A stretch of 64,000 bases of DNA from Coleofasciculus sp. B1-GNL1-01 (GCA_040220235.1 JAVJTO010000092.1), one strand, 5' to 3'; counted from the first letter of the stretch, positions 49,740 to 61,100 are shown. Made by a program: numbers and translations. The notes: a model not told the origin generated them from the letters alone.

Positions 49740-50525
49740 TCAGAACTCGCAAACATCTGGGGGACTGACTGGACAAGTTGGCTGTGGTATGGGATTGTCT
49801 CCGAGGTCAAGGTGAATCAGATTGGTAAGTTCAGATAGAGGAGAGACATCTGTTATTTGGTTATCGTTGAGGAAAAGCAAACTCAGATTGGTAAGTCCAG
49901 ATAGAGGACTGACATCTTTTATTTGGTTGTCGCTGAGGCCAAGCCAACTCAGATTGGCAAGTCCAGATAGAGAACTGACATCTGTTATTTGGTTAGAGCT
50001 GAGGGAAAGCCCAGTTAGATTGGTAAGTGCAGATAGAGAACTGACATCTGTTATTTGGTTGTTGCTGAGGGAAAGCCAAGTCAGAGTGGTAAGTTCAGAT
50101 AGAGGAGTGACATCTTTTATTTGGTTACTGCTGAGGTCAAGCCCAGTCAGGTTGGTAAGTCCAGATAAAGGACTGATATCTATTATTTTGTTGTCGCTGA
50201 GGTAAAGCAAAGTTAGATTGGTAAGTCCAGATAGAGGACTGATATCTGTTATTTGATTAACTTTGAGGTCAAGCTCAGTGCGACTTGATAGGTTTTCATT
50301 AGCTTGTTGACAGTCACTCGTGTCGGCTATTTCTAACAACACTTCTACTGTTTTCCTTGCCTCAGCTGACAAACGGGTTTTGTTCAGACACCACTCTTGA
50401 AAAGAACTCCCCAAGCTAGGGTTAGCTGCTTGAGCCACCTCCCATCCTAATATCCACGTACTAATCGTTAGAGCAATTACAGCAGTTTTATGCATTTCCT
50501 TTCTCTCCCTCAAAGATATCGCCAT
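49740..50525 (-). CDS. Secreted internalin-like leucine-rich repeat protein
   Basis: Signal-peptide-like N-terminus; 22-aa repeats LTNLT.L.LS.NQITDVSPLSG (66-nt DNA repeats). Confidence 0.9.
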   Translation of the reverse strand: MAISLRERKEMHKTAVIALTISTWILGWEVAQAANPSLGSSFQEWCLNKTRLSAEARKTVEVLLEIADTSDCQQANENLSSRTELDLKVNQITDISPLSGLTNLTLLYLSDNKIIDISPLSGLTNLTGLDLSSNQIKDVTPLSELTTLTWLSLSNNQITDVSSLSALTNLTGLSLSSNQITDVSSLSGLANLSWLGLSDNQIKDVSPLSGLTNLSLLFLNDNQITDVSPLSELTNLIHLDLGDNPIPQPTCPVSPPDVCEF

Positions 50526-50751
50526 CCTATTTTAGTGCTGACAGGTGAAAATCTTAAAACCCAGGTATATCAAGGAACACAGTTTAAAAAATTGCCACAA
50601 CCCTTTAATACCAATCCTACCCCGATGATGGTAAAGTGCGATCGCCTACTTTTCTGGTATACTTTTCACCTATGAAAATGTGCCTGCCTATAGCCTATCT
50701 ATGAAGCCTTTCAGACCAAGACAGTAGACAGCGCAATCACAGATAAGGTAG

Positions 50752-51099
50752 TTATAAGCCTAAGCAATAGCGAGTCGTTGCTTCAACCCTTGCCATAACT
50801 TCTTCAGACAGTAAACCCGCAGGTTGTTTAGGAAAGCGTTTGGAATCCAGGGAGCGAATTTGGAAACATAAGAACACCGTTTCCATGGGCAAACCACTGT
50901 CGGCTGTAGAAACCCGCACGTTCGTTGGGTAATCGCGCTGGATATTTTCTCCTTTCGTTCCTACAATAACCGTTACCACTAGCGGTAAACGATTAATGGC
51001 ATCAATTGAAAGGACAAGCACAGGACGTTCTCCGGCTTGTTCTCTCCCTTGAACTGGGTTGAGATTAACAAAATAAATTTCGCCGCGTTGAATGCTCAC
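50752..51099 (-). CDS. PemK/MazF family toxin
   Basis: RGEIYFVNLNPVQGREQAGERPVLVLS, QIRSLD. Confidence 0.9.
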   Translation of the reverse strand: MSIQRGEIYFVNLNPVQGREQAGERPVLVLSIDAINRLPLVVTVIVGTKGENIQRDYPTNVRVSTADSGLPMETVFLCFQIRSLDSKRFPKQPAGLLSEEVMARVEATTRYCLGL

Positions 51100-51347
51100 A
51101 ATTCAGTTAATCCATCCATTTCAGTTACGGCAAATTCCTGCTCAATTGCCTTGAGTTCGCCCTGAATCCCTGGGTCATTTGCCATCATTACCAGTTGCTG
51201 TTCAACCGTTTTTCCCTGGCTGTCACGATGGTTAAGGGTGCGAGATAGTCTCAAATTGTGAATAATTCTTTCCATTAACCACAGTTGCTCTTCATCCGAT
51301 AAGCAACTGACCATTTTTTCAATCTGGTGCAAGGTGGGAGGGTTCAT
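51096..51347 (-). CDS. Putative antitoxin of the PemK/MazF toxin
   Basis: 83 aa, directly upstream with a 4-nt overlap; acidic C-terminus MANDPGIQ..EFAVTEMDGL. Confidence 0.65.
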   Translation of the reverse strand: MNPPTLHQIEKMVSCLSDEEQLWLMERIIHNLRLSRTLNHRDSQGKTVEQQLVMMANDPGIQGELKAIEQEFAVTEMDGLTEL

Positions 51348-51489
51348 GATCTAAGATTCTACGGATTGAGTGGCTCTAAGGTCTAGCTTATCATTTGGAT
51401 CTGCGGAAAAGGTTCAGGCGATCGCATAATCTGCCTGTTGATTTTATTTCCTCTGAATTTGACAATTTAACCCAAATATGAGTTAACCC

Positions 51490-51675
51490 GTAGGGGCGGG
51501 TTTTACTGTTATCTTTGGCGAGAAACTTCTCAATTCAATAAACCCGCCCCGCACCCAACCGTTAACGGGTAGAATCCAGGTGGTGTGGGTTGGAGGTGAG
51601 TTTTTCGAGTTCCGTTAGTTCTCTTCGACGTAACTTGTTTAAGGCTAAAGCCTCAACTACAAACGGCGCGATCGC
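51490..51675 (+). repeat. REP family A element followed by repeat X' (copy of 48824-48961)
   Basis: ggtgtgggtt..ggtgagtt..cgagtt.cgttagttctcttcgacgtaa.ttgtttt..GCGATCGC shared by both copies. Confidence 0.8.
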
Positions 51676-51882
51676 ACGTTTGTCTGTTAGATCTAAATCA
51701 GGACATGATGGTATCGTGTCCCTACCCAATCAATTCTTCCGTAGGGGTACGGCATTGCCGTATCCTGGGTTTAAGGTGACGCTTCGCACCCACGCCCAGG
51801 CAATCCTAACAAACCTTTAATACCAATCCTCCCCAGATTACGGTAAAGTCATTAAGAAGTCGGCATATCATTGAGACTGTTC

Positions 51883-54603
51883 ATGAGCGGATATTCCCAC
51901 GCATCTACTCCCGAATCCAACGGTGCTACCGACGTTCGCGCCACCGAGAAGGCGAAACAGGTGGCTGCGGAAAATATGGATCATCGGACGGTAGACCGCA
52001 AGCAGTTAACGCCGATGATGCAGCATTTTGCGGAACTCAAAGACCAGTATCCGAATGCGGTACTGCTGTACCGGGTGGGTGATTTCTATGAAACCTTCTT
52101 CCAAGATGCGCGGCGAGTGGCGGAAGAATTGGAATTAGTCCTCACCAGTAAGGAGGCAGGAAAAGGGGTAGGACGAGTTCCGATGACGGGTGTCCCTCAT
52201 CACTCCATTGAACGCCACGCCACTCAGTTAGTGGAAAAAGGCTATGCGATTGTTATTTGTGATCAGGTAGAAGACGCCTCCATCGCCGCCAAAGAAGGGC
52301 GTCAGGTGAAACGGGAAATCACGCGGATTCTTACCCCCGGTACGTTAACCGAAGCCGGGATGCTGAATGCTAAACGTAATAACTTCCTGGCGGCGGTGGT
52401 GATAGCGGGGAATCATTGGGGATTAGCCTATGCGGATATTTCCACGGGGGAATTTTTCACGACTCAAGCCACGGATTTAGAGTTACTGGTTCAGGAACTG
52501 TTGCGTTTGCACCCGTCAGAAGTGCTGATTCCCACCAACGCCCCGGATTTGGGGAGTATGTTGCGTCCAGGGGAACGTTCAGAGTCATTACCGGATTGGT
52601 TCCCTAGTTCCTTTTGTTATAGCCTGCGTCCGCAAACCCCCTTCCGTTCCTCAGAAGCTAGACAACGACTCCTAGAAAGATTTAAAGTGCGATCGCTAGA
52701 AGGGATGGGTTGTGAACATTTGCCTCTGGGAGTGCGGGCGGCGGGGGGATTGCTGGAATATTTGGAAGAAACCCAAAAGGAAAATTATGTCGCTCTGCAA
52801 CATTTACGCACCTATACTTTAGCCGATTATCTGATTCTAGATCACCAAAGCCGCCGCAATTTAGAAATTACCACCACGGTGCGGGATAATACGTTTCATG
52901 GTTCTCTTCTCTGGGCATTGGATCAAACCAGTACCTCCATGGGTGGACGGGCATTACGCCGTTGGTTATTGCAACCCTTACTCGATGTTAAAGGAATTCG
53001 GGCGCGACAGGATACGATTCAGGAGTTGACGGAAAATACCGGACTGCGGGAAGATTTGCGTCAGTTATTACGGGGAATTTATGATTTAGAACGATTAACT
53101 GGACGCGCGAGTTCGGGAACCGCCAATGCACGGGATTTGGTGGCGTTAGCGGATTCCCTGTTAAAGTTACCCGACTTAGCCGAACTTGCGGCGTATGGGG
53201 GTTCTCCCTATCTGAAAGCCTTGCAAACCTTTCCCCCTGAATTAGAACAGTTAGGACACAGCATTCGCGCCCATCTGGTGGAATCGCCGCCATTACAGAT
53301 AAAGGAAGGCAATTTAATTCGTCCTGGGGTGAATGACCAACTGGATGAAATGCGTCGCATGGCGGAAGCAGATCAGCAATGGATTGCTAACTTAGAAGTC
53401 AGCGAACGCGATCGCACGGGTATTGCTAATCTAAAAGTAGGATACAACAAAACCTTCGGCTATTACATCAGTATTGCTCGCTCTAAAGCTGACCAAGTTC
53501 CCGACGAGTACATCCGCAAGCAAACCCTAACCAACGAAGAACGCTACATTACTCCTGACTTAAAAGAACGCGAAACCCGGATTCTGACCGCACGGGATGA
53601 TTTAAACCGCTTAGAATATGAGATTTTTGTCGGATTACGCGCCCAAGTGGGGAATTACGCCCAGTTAATTCGCAATCTGTCCCGCGCAGTGGCGGCGATT
53701 GATGTTTTGTCGGGTTTAGCAGAAATTGCGGTACGCCAGGGCTATTGTCGTCCCACAATGGTAGAGGGGCGGGAAATTACGATTATTGATGGACGCCATC
53801 CCGTGGTGGAAAAGTCTCTCCCGGTGGGATTCTTTGTCCCTAATTCGGCGTATTTGGGATGGGAGGAGTCCACGTCATCATCTGCGGAAAAGACAAAGAC
53901 AGAGAATCATCAACGTCCCGATTTAATTATCCTCACTGGACCCAATGCCAGTGGCAAAAGTTGCTATTTACGCCAAGTGGGATTAATTCAAATTATGGCG
54001 CAGACGGGGAGTTTTGTGCCAGCGACATCGGCGACATTGGGAATCTGCGATCGCATTTTTACTCGGGTTGGCGCGGTTGATGATTTAGCTACGGGTCAAT
54101 CCACGTTTATGGTGGAGATGAATGAAACGGCAAATATCTTAAATCATGCCACCAATAAGTCCCTGGTTTTATTAGATGAAATTGGCAGAGGAACCGCCAC
54201 GTTTGATGGGTTATCCATTGCTTGGGCGGTGGCGGAATATCTGTCTCTGGAAATTCAAGCACGGACTATTTTTGCTACCCATTACCATGAATTAAACGAA
54301 CTGGCATCTATTCTAGAGAATGTTGCTAATTATCAGGTTACGGTGAAAGAATTGCCCGATGAAATTATCTTTTTACACCAAGTTCAACCGGGCGGGGCGG
54401 ATAAGTCTTATGGGATTGAAGCAGGGCGTCTGGCGGGTTTACCTCCGGCGGTGATTCAACGGGCAAAGCAGGTGATGGGGCAAATTGAAAAGCACAGTAA
54501 AATTGCCATGGGATTGCGGAAAGGTATTGCTAAAAAACCCCAGGATACTGAAACGATTACCCCAGACACATCGGTACAGCAGTTAGATATTTTTGCCGAG
54601 TAG
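51883..54603 (+). CDS. mutS: DNA mismatch repair protein MutS
   Basis: [52 protein letters not shown]. Confidence 0.96.
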   Translation: MSGYSHASTPESNGATDVRATEKAKQVAAENMDHRTVDRKQLTPMMQHFAELKDQYPNAVLLYRVGDFYETFFQDARRVAEELELVLTSKEAGKGVGRVPMTGVPHHSIERHATQLVEKGYAIVICDQVEDASIAAKEGRQVKREITRILTPGTLTEAGMLNAKRNNFLAAVVIAGNHWGLAYADISTGEFFTTQATDLELLVQELLRLHPSEVLIPTNAPDLGSMLRPGERSESLPDWFPSSFCYSLRPQTPFRSSEARQRLLERFKVRSLEGMGCEHLPLGVRAAGGLLEYLEETQKENYVALQHLRTYTLADYLILDHQSRRNLEITTTVRDNTFHGSLLWALDQTSTSMGGRALRRWLLQPLLDVKGIRARQDTIQELTENTGLREDLRQLLRGIYDLERLTGRASSGTANARDLVALADSLLKLPDLAELAAYGGSPYLKALQTFPPELEQLGHSIRAHLVESPPLQIKEGNLIRPGVNDQLDEMRRMAEADQQWIANLEVSERDRTGIANLKVGYNKTFGYYISIARSKADQVPDEYIRKQTLTNEERYITPDLKERETRILTARDDLNRLEYEIFVGLRAQVGNYAQLIRNLSRAVAAIDVLSGLAEIAVRQGYCRPTMVEGREITIIDGRHPVVEKSLPVGFFVPNSAYLGWEESTSSSAEKTKTENHQRPDLIILTGPNASGKSCYLRQVGLIQIMAQTGSFVPATSATLGICDRIFTRVGAVDDLATGQSTFMVEMNETANILNHATNKSLVLLDEIGRGTATFDGLSIAWAVAEYLSLEIQARTIFATHYHELNELASILENVANYQVTVKELPDEIIFLHQVQPGGADKSYGIEAGRLAGLPPAVIQRAKQVMGQIEKHSKIAMGLRKGIAKKPQDTETITPDTSVQQLDIFAE

Positions 54604-54709
54604 GGGCGAACCATTGCGGGTGTTTCGGTTCTACTGCTAAATTAGCATCGCAAATGCTTCGCCCAGTCAAATGTCAAAAGAGAGGTTATACCAAATCCCC
54701 CGGAGTAGA

Positions 54710-55093
54710 TTAACAAGACGTCAGAAAACCTCTAAACGCATAACCGGATACAGGGGCGGAAATCGGAACCCAATACTTGGTGCCACCATTCTCAATCGTG
54801 ACAGTTTGTCCATCTGTTAATACGGTGACAGACTCACTATAAACCGTGGGTTGTTCTCGGACATACAACCCCCCTCCTATAGCTGCCACTTGGCGACAGT
54901 TGGCTGAGACTTGTGCTAGTTTATCAGGGGTCTCATTTTCTACAGACATTCCGGCTGAAGTGGAGGGCTGGTGTCTTGGAGATGATGGTGTTGTCGCCAC
55001 AGCCGAGGCTGTACCCAATGCCATCAACGCTGGGGTTGTCAATCCTATCAATTTATACAAACTTTTCATTGCTTTTCCGAATTTAACTTGCAT
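54710..55093 (-). CDS. Small secreted SH3b-like domain protein
   Basis: Signal-like N-terminus; GLYVREQP..WVPISAPVSGY; true start probably the internal ATG (MKSL). Confidence 0.65.
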   Translation of the reverse strand: MQVKFGKAMKSLYKLIGLTTPALMALGTASAVATTPSSPRHQPSTSAGMSVENETPDKLAQVSANCRQVAAIGGGLYVREQPTVYSESVTVLTDGQTVTIENGGTKYWVPISAPVSGYAFRGFLTSC

Positions 55094-55307
55094 GATAAAA
55101 ATTTATCTAACTAGGGTAAATTATCCATCTATCTATATAAGTAAACATTAATATCCCTCCACTGAAACAGCAAGTTTTGAACAGATGAAACGAATCGTAC
55201 AGTAAGCGTTTTAAGGAGGCTTAATCCGTAAAACTGATTAAGTTTTTTGACATCTTCCTATATGCTGATTTTTATAAAAACTCCAGTTATTTTAGTTTTC
55301 CTTTATA

Positions 55308-55437
55308 AGCTGTGCTGTTCGGCATTTAAACCTTAATATCAATAAGGGCGCAATCCTTGTAGTGTGTTTAGCGAAGCCATGCCGTAGGCTTTGCATCTTG
55401 CTCGCTACCCATTCCCAATTTAAATGCATGACAGCTT
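55308..55437. mobile_element. About 125-bp MITE-like element (second copy of 34509-34634)
   Basis: TIR aagctgt..gcatttaaa / tttaaatgcatgacagctt; internal gtag..gcatcttgctcgctac. Confidence 0.7.
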
Positions 55438-55670
55438 ACTCTAGGCTTATAGAAAACTCCTACTTTCGATAGAAGGTTATGCCCTTCCCCAGGTAGATGA
55501 GATGGTCAATAGAAGCGGTTAAATTGTTAGGTGGACAACGTGAACAAAGCCAACTCTGTTCTTGCGCTAACAGTATTCGTATACCTTAAGCTGTTACGAA
55601 TCGGAAAATAGCCTTGCCTGATAATTCAAATAAGTAAATTTAGTTTTGGTGGCAAAACTATCGTCCATAG

Positions 55671-56336
55671 ATGATTTTAAAAGAGGTTTTCATGAAAAAG
55701 CAACATCAGAATAATCTAAGTAATCGTAATCTCAAAAATGCCGGACTATTAGGAGCGATAGTCGGTGGTGTTCTAATTAGCTTACCAGCAACGATTTTAG
55801 AAGCATCAGCCGCACCTTTTTCTACCTTAGCTCAAGTCAATCCTTGTCCGGGAATCTACTACGAAGAACCCTACAATAGCACACGCATGGTTCCGCAGGG
55901 GTGTCCGCAGAATGCAGCAGGACAGATGGGTCGAGGCGGTCAAATGCCTGCTAGGATGACTCCTGTACCCCCTCCAGCCGGAGTGTCTCAACCTCCTCTA
56001 CCAGCAGAACGTAGTGATGCAGTTGCCCGAATCCAACCCACAAACGGTACTGTTGATGTGCGGCTGAAAAATAACACTGATGCTGTTGTTTCTTATCAAG
56101 CCGTCGGACATACGGATCGTCGATTTATCTCAGGTGGAGAGGAAATTGTTCTGCAAAACTTACCCACGCCGATTACGATAACCGCCGTTCGTCAGGATGA
56201 GGGCTGGCTTCAGATGATGCCTATATCTGTTGATGAAACTGGACAGTTGGAGGTTACATTTGAAGAAGAAACAACGTTAGATAGTAATCAAGGGGTACTG
56301 AGAATTCAAGAAGATGGTCAAGTCTTTGTGAATTAG
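55671..56336 (+). CDS. Hypothetical exported protein
   Basis: Hydrophobic N-terminal segment, NPCPGIYYEEP motif, beta-rich C-terminus. Confidence 0.7.
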   Translation: MILKEVFMKKQHQNNLSNRNLKNAGLLGAIVGGVLISLPATILEASAAPFSTLAQVNPCPGIYYEEPYNSTRMVPQGCPQNAAGQMGRGGQMPARMTPVPPPAGVSQPPLPAERSDAVARIQPTNGTVDVRLKNNTDAVVSYQAVGHTDRRFISGGEEIVLQNLPTPITITAVRQDEGWLQMMPISVDETGQLEVTFEEETTLDSNQGVLRIQEDGQVFVN

Positions 56337-56523
56337 AGAAATTGACGTCATACTCCTCGTACTCCTAAGCGTGTATTTAAGGTTGACAGATCCCCCCAAA
56401 CCCCCCTTCAAAAGGGGGGCTTACTGTATTCAAAAGATGGTCAAGCCTTTGTGGATTAAACAAGTTGACGCGATGCATTTTTCGTAGAGACGTTCTACCA
56501 GAACGTCTCTATTGTTTGGCAAT

Positions 56524-56721
56524 TTACTGTCCTTGTGTGGCTAACTCAACGATAGCTAACCATACTTTATGTAATAACCAAAACCAATAACCGCCGAAAG
56601 CAGCGTAGCCTAAAAGCAGTAGCTTCGGATCTTGGAGAAATTTCCCTAAGGTAATCACTGAACCAAGAAGTAAAGCTACCAGAATGGTTACATGAATGTT
56701 AGACATAAATACTCTCCTCAA
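56524..56721 (-). CDS. Small hypothetical membrane protein
   Basis: Two hydrophobic segments; GGAG upstream of the internal ATG (MSNIH). Confidence 0.5.
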   Translation of the reverse strand: MRRVFMSNIHVTILVALLLGSVITLGKFLQDPKLLLLGYAAFGGYWFWLLHKVWLAIVELATQGQ

Positions 56722-56798
56722 GATATGTACTTGTCCAACATAAGTGAGTGCCCCTAGGAGGAGATCAAGTTTGTTCCAGATGTGAAGTTATGTTAAGG

Positions 56799-57650
56799 TT
56801 AGCGGTAAACTCCGCCACGACCAGAAGCAGGGACTATTTGTCCATTATCCCACTTAAATCCGCGAACCTTGTAGCTAGCTTTCGCCGTTTTAATCAGTAC
56901 TTCTCGAAGCGATTTATGATAGGTTATTAGTCGATCTCTAAGCAATGGATCATTGGAGGCTTCAATTTGGCATACCCATAACGTCATGCCTGACCAGGAA
57001 AAAGTTACTTTATCCCAAGATAAATTGTGTTTAAAATTGCCTTCTTCTATACTATTGAGCTTGGGATAAACTCCATCAGAATCGGCTCGTTCGAGTATTT
57101 CAACAAAGAACCGACTAGCCTTACGCCATTTATCGATAGGAACTTCATAGTATTTTTCTAAAGAAATTGATAGAGGATAATCCACATCTTCTTTGACTGT
57201 CTCGGCAAACAAATCATAAGCTGAGTTAAAAGGATACGGCTTCAATAAATTTTTATGCAGTAATTTTTTCCAAAGACGACTTATGGGTTGAGGAAAATTG
57301 TTGACATAATCCGTGAAGTGCTGTAAAAAATCATGGGCATTTTTTACGTGTTTTTCAGCGACTTGGGAAAGTTCCCATCGAGCCTTGAGTTCCTCAACTG
57401 ACAGTCTAATTAATTCTGCTTTACATTTAGAAATATCTTTTCGATCCAAAGCCTCGTCTATTGGATAATATCCAGGTTTAATAAACTTACTTTTCCAGCA
57501 TTCAGCTTTGAGGTGCTGAGTAGATCGGGTTTTATGCCATTCATTGATCTGATCAGGTGTCATCAGATCTGGCTGAAACAGCACTTCGCTCGGTAAACTG
57601 TCTAAAAGCTGGTAAATTTGCTCTAAGGTTTCATGGTGCTGAAGAGTCAT
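56799..57650 (-). CDS. Hypothetical protein
   Basis: 283-aa ORF with no recognised motif; AT-rich. Confidence 0.65.
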   Translation of the reverse strand: MTLQHHETLEQIYQLLDSLPSEVLFQPDLMTPDQINEWHKTRSTQHLKAECWKSKFIKPGYYPIDEALDRKDISKCKAELIRLSVEELKARWELSQVAEKHVKNAHDFLQHFTDYVNNFPQPISRLWKKLLHKNLLKPYPFNSAYDLFAETVKEDVDYPLSISLEKYYEVPIDKWRKASRFFVEILERADSDGVYPKLNSIEEGNFKHNLSWDKVTFSWSGMTLWVCQIEASNDPLLRDRLITYHKSLREVLIKTAKASYKVRGFKWDNGQIVPASGRGGVYR

Positions 57651-57947
57651 GACGATTTAGGGATGATAAAGACTACTCTAAAATCTTACCAAGAAAAGTT
57701 CAGGTGGATAGGACGCGATCGCACCAACTTTTCTATCCTCTTAACTTGAATATTGCCGAGTTAAGCGTTTATGGCACTAAAGTGCCTACTACGAGCCTGT
57801 GTTATACTGGCGTCGAGTCTTGAGTTTATTTATAACCTTTACACTATAAATTTTTGTATCAATATTTGAAGCAAAAAGCGCTCATAACTCAAACTAACTT
57901 AACTAAAAATTGCCTTTAGCAAGCACTTCAAGAAAAGGAGTCAAGCG

Positions 57948-60341
57948 GTGAAGCGTGTAAATAAACTGTGGATCAGGGCTTGCCGGATTGTAGCCGCAAC
58001 CTGTCCCATGTTATCGTTAATGGTTATTACCCCGAATGTGGCGTGGTCGAGCATGGTGAAACTCGATATCAGTCCCCAGGATGCAACCGTTACCACTGTC
58101 GCCCAGAATACATCCCCGACTGGGAGTTTAGGCTATACCCGGCAATTTAACCAAGAACTTCAACAAATTGGACAGATATCCCCGCAAGCCTTTAAGCAGC
58201 GATATGCCAGTAAAGCTGAGTATTTGCCTCAAATTAGCTGGGATGTGACGACGGCGAAGTTTTGGGATGACTTTAATTTATCACCAGAGGAAATTGCTAA
58301 TCGGTATCGGGATTATATGATCCCAATTCAACCTCGCGATGATTTTCGCCTGAATGCGGAAGAATTAGCGGTGTTTCAACGCAATGGCTTTGTCGTCAGT
58401 GAACGGATGAGCGCTCCTAGCTTTGCTGCTGTATTTTATAACATTTATAGTCGGGATTTGCCTGTTTTTGTCTCTAGCGATGCGTTACTTCATGCATGGC
58501 ATCGGTCTTATGATGCTATGTTAGAGGAATTGGAAGCCGAGTATTTGGCGCGATCGCTGGATGAAATCTTAGCGGGTATGGCGCAGAGGTTGCCTCAAGT
58601 ACGGCGGGAATATGGCAAGGGTGTATTAGAGGAGAGTATCCTTGATGCCGATTATTTTATCGCCGTGGCGCGATCGCTACTTTCCGGGAATCGAGTTAGA
58701 TCCTATTTTAATCAGAATAGTCGCGTCGCTGAAACCCTTGATGCTATTGAATCTGGGCAGCTTCAGGAGTTTACCCTATTTGGGCGCGATCGCAGCGTTG
58801 ATTTTTCCCAGTTTAAACCCCGTGGACATTATGAAAAATCAGAGGCGCTGAAAAAGTATTTCCGGGCAATGATTTGGTGTGGCAGAATTGATCTGCGGAT
58901 TGCTGGGAATCCAGAGGAATCTTCGCCACGGGAACTCGGTATCGCGATTATCCTCAACCATCTCCTCAACCAATCTGGGAAATTCTCGCAATGGCAACAG
59001 TTTGACCAAATGTTGCAAACCTTTGTCGGTCAAACGGATTCGATGACATTTGCCGAGTTGAATGATTTCTTGGTACAGAATACGATTAAATCCCCCACAG
59101 AGATTAAGACATTATCCACCCTGGAACAACTGCAAACCGATATTTTAGCCACGCCATTGGGGTTGCAAAGCATTCGGGGAGATTCCTATCAATCTCCCCC
59201 AGATTCCGAACAGATTCAACTTCCCCGAAGTTTTACCCTTCTCGGTCAAAAATTTGTCTTAGATAGCTGGGTGCTGAGTAAAGTAGTTTATGATGACATT
59301 CTCTGGGATGGCAAGAAAGTACCACGGCGCATTCCCAGTAGTTTAGATGTGGCGTTTGCCGCGTTAGGAAATAATCAGATTGTCCCCGAATTAGTTGATC
59401 GGATGACGACTAGAGGGGGGCGTCAATTTCGAGATGGACTCAATTATCAACATCACTTAGCTGCTGTCAAAACCGTTGTGGATCAGCAAAATCCCGCCAT
59501 CTGGGAACAAAACATCTACCTAAATTGGTTAGCCACCTTACGGGAACTTTCAACACCAACCACCGAGGCGAAATACCCGGAAGCCATGCGGACAAAAGCC
59601 TGGGCAATGAAAACCTTAAATACCCAATTAGCCTCTTGGACGCAGTTACGCCACGACACGATTTTATATGCCAAACAATCCTATACGGGGGGAACTCGTT
59701 GCTTTTACCCTGCCGGATTTGTTGAACCCAGACCGGAATTTTGGGGACGGTTTGAGAAGATGGTACAGTTAGCCGCCCAACAGATTAATCGAACCCGTTT
59801 TCCCGATTCATCTCGCCAGATTCAGGAACGACAAGTTAAATTCTTAGAGAACTTTGCCGAAAAAGTAGCCATCCTGAAAGACATTGCCACCAAGGAATTA
59901 GCACAGCAGGAACTTAGCCAAGAACAAACCCGATTCCTTAGAAATATTGTGGAAATCGATGGCGGTTCAGGGGGTCCTTACTATCGAGGTTGGTATCCGT
60001 CTTTGTTCTATGAAGAACCTAAGGATTCTAATAGTTGGGATGCGATTGTTGCCGATGTGCATACGGATGTTCCCGATCCCGTTTTTGGTGATCCGGGGGC
60101 GGTACTGCACCAAGGGGTAGGGAATGTGGATTTGTTAATGATTGCGGTGGATAATGGTGAAGATAAAATGGTGTATGCTGGACCGGTGTTAAGCCATTAT
60201 GAATTTGAAATGCCGGGAGTTGTTCGCAAATCGGATAGTGAATGGCAGAATGATATTAAGGAGGGAAATGTTCCCCCGCGTCCCCAGTGGACGGAAGGGT
60301 ATCTGGTGCCGGGGATAGAGGAAAGACAATCTCGGTTTTAA
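57948..60341 (+). CDS. DUF3160-like exported protein
   Basis: NGFVV, PVFVSSDALLH, FKPRGHY, YFRAMIW, LASWTQLRHDTILYAKQ, IVADVHT; AAGGAG RBS. Confidence 0.8.
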   Translation: MKRVNKLWIRACRIVAATCPMLSLMVITPNVAWSSMVKLDISPQDATVTTVAQNTSPTGSLGYTRQFNQELQQIGQISPQAFKQRYASKAEYLPQISWDVTTAKFWDDFNLSPEEIANRYRDYMIPIQPRDDFRLNAEELAVFQRNGFVVSERMSAPSFAAVFYNIYSRDLPVFVSSDALLHAWHRSYDAMLEELEAEYLARSLDEILAGMAQRLPQVRREYGKGVLEESILDADYFIAVARSLLSGNRVRSYFNQNSRVAETLDAIESGQLQEFTLFGRDRSVDFSQFKPRGHYEKSEALKKYFRAMIWCGRIDLRIAGNPEESSPRELGIAIILNHLLNQSGKFSQWQQFDQMLQTFVGQTDSMTFAELNDFLVQNTIKSPTEIKTLSTLEQLQTDILATPLGLQSIRGDSYQSPPDSEQIQLPRSFTLLGQKFVLDSWVLSKVVYDDILWDGKKVPRRIPSSLDVAFAALGNNQIVPELVDRMTTRGGRQFRDGLNYQHHLAAVKTVVDQQNPAIWEQNIYLNWLATLRELSTPTTEAKYPEAMRTKAWAMKTLNTQLASWTQLRHDTILYAKQSYTGGTRCFYPAGFVEPRPEFWGRFEKMVQLAAQQINRTRFPDSSRQIQERQVKFLENFAEKVAILKDIATKELAQQELSQEQTRFLRNIVEIDGGSGGPYYRGWYPSLFYEEPKDSNSWDAIVADVHTDVPDPVFGDPGAVLHQGVGNVDLLMIAVDNGEDKMVYAGPVLSHYEFEMPGVVRKSDSEWQNDIKEGNVPPRPQWTEGYLVPGIEERQSRF

Positions 60342-60826
60342 CTGGCTTTTAGTAAGGGCTAAAGCCCTAAATTATGCCTTTTACCATGTCAATAAAACCG
60401 ACTTAGACAATTTTCATCAATCAAAACGATTACATTTATTGACATCGGATGTGATCCTGTTTAGCACCCCGACAAAAATCAGTCAACATTAGCCCTGTAG
60501 GGGCGACCCGCCTGCATTAATCAAAAACACCAATCTATTCAAGTTAGTCGGGTCGCCCTTTACTCAAGTTAGTAGGCTTGTCCTCCACTACAATTTGGTG
60601 GGTTACGGCGGATAGTTCATTTAACGGCTACGTACCATCATTCAGTTCCCGCCTAACCCACCCTACAAATACTGAGCAATTTTCATCAATCAAAACGATT
60701 ACATTTATTGACATCGGATATCGCAGCAGAACATCACTTCCCGACATCTTTGGCAGGCGATCGCGGTGGAAAATTGGGTAGATGTTGGTGTCAGTTTTGA
60801 GGTGAATCAAATTTAGGGTATGATTC

Positions 60827-60889
60827 GGGCGGGTTTTGTTGTTTGGTTTGAGGTGGGTTTCCTGATTTTGTCCCTAAACCCGCCCCTAC
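60827..60889 (-). repeat. REP element, family A
   Basis: GGGCGGGTTT..AAACCCGCCCCTAC. Confidence 0.8.
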
Positions 60890-60953
60890 ATATTGGGGAT
60901 GTGATCGTGTTTAGCGCCCCGACAAAAATCAGAAAAAATCGTGAAGTTTAACC

Positions 60954-61016
60954 CTCTCCCCATCTCCCCCATCTTCCCCATCTTCCCCATCTTCCCCATC
61001 TTCCCCATCTCCCCCC
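60954..61016. repeat. Nonamer tandem repeat (CCCCATCTY)n
   Basis: Directly visible. Confidence 0.85.
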
Positions 61017-61100
61017 TGGGTGTTTGCAGCCAAAGCATCTGGTTCGCGATCGCTTTCGTTGGGAACTGTATTAGGAGAACCTATTGTGCTTTCCGATATC

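Noticed and set aside
49822..50205. 127-aa repetitive plus-strand ORF
   Set aside because: Antisense shadow of the LRR gene's 66-nt repeats
49572..50730. Classical integron attC sites
   Set aside because: No clear RYYYAAC..GTTRRRY-bounded long palindrome and no integrase in the window; kept only as a cassette-like finding
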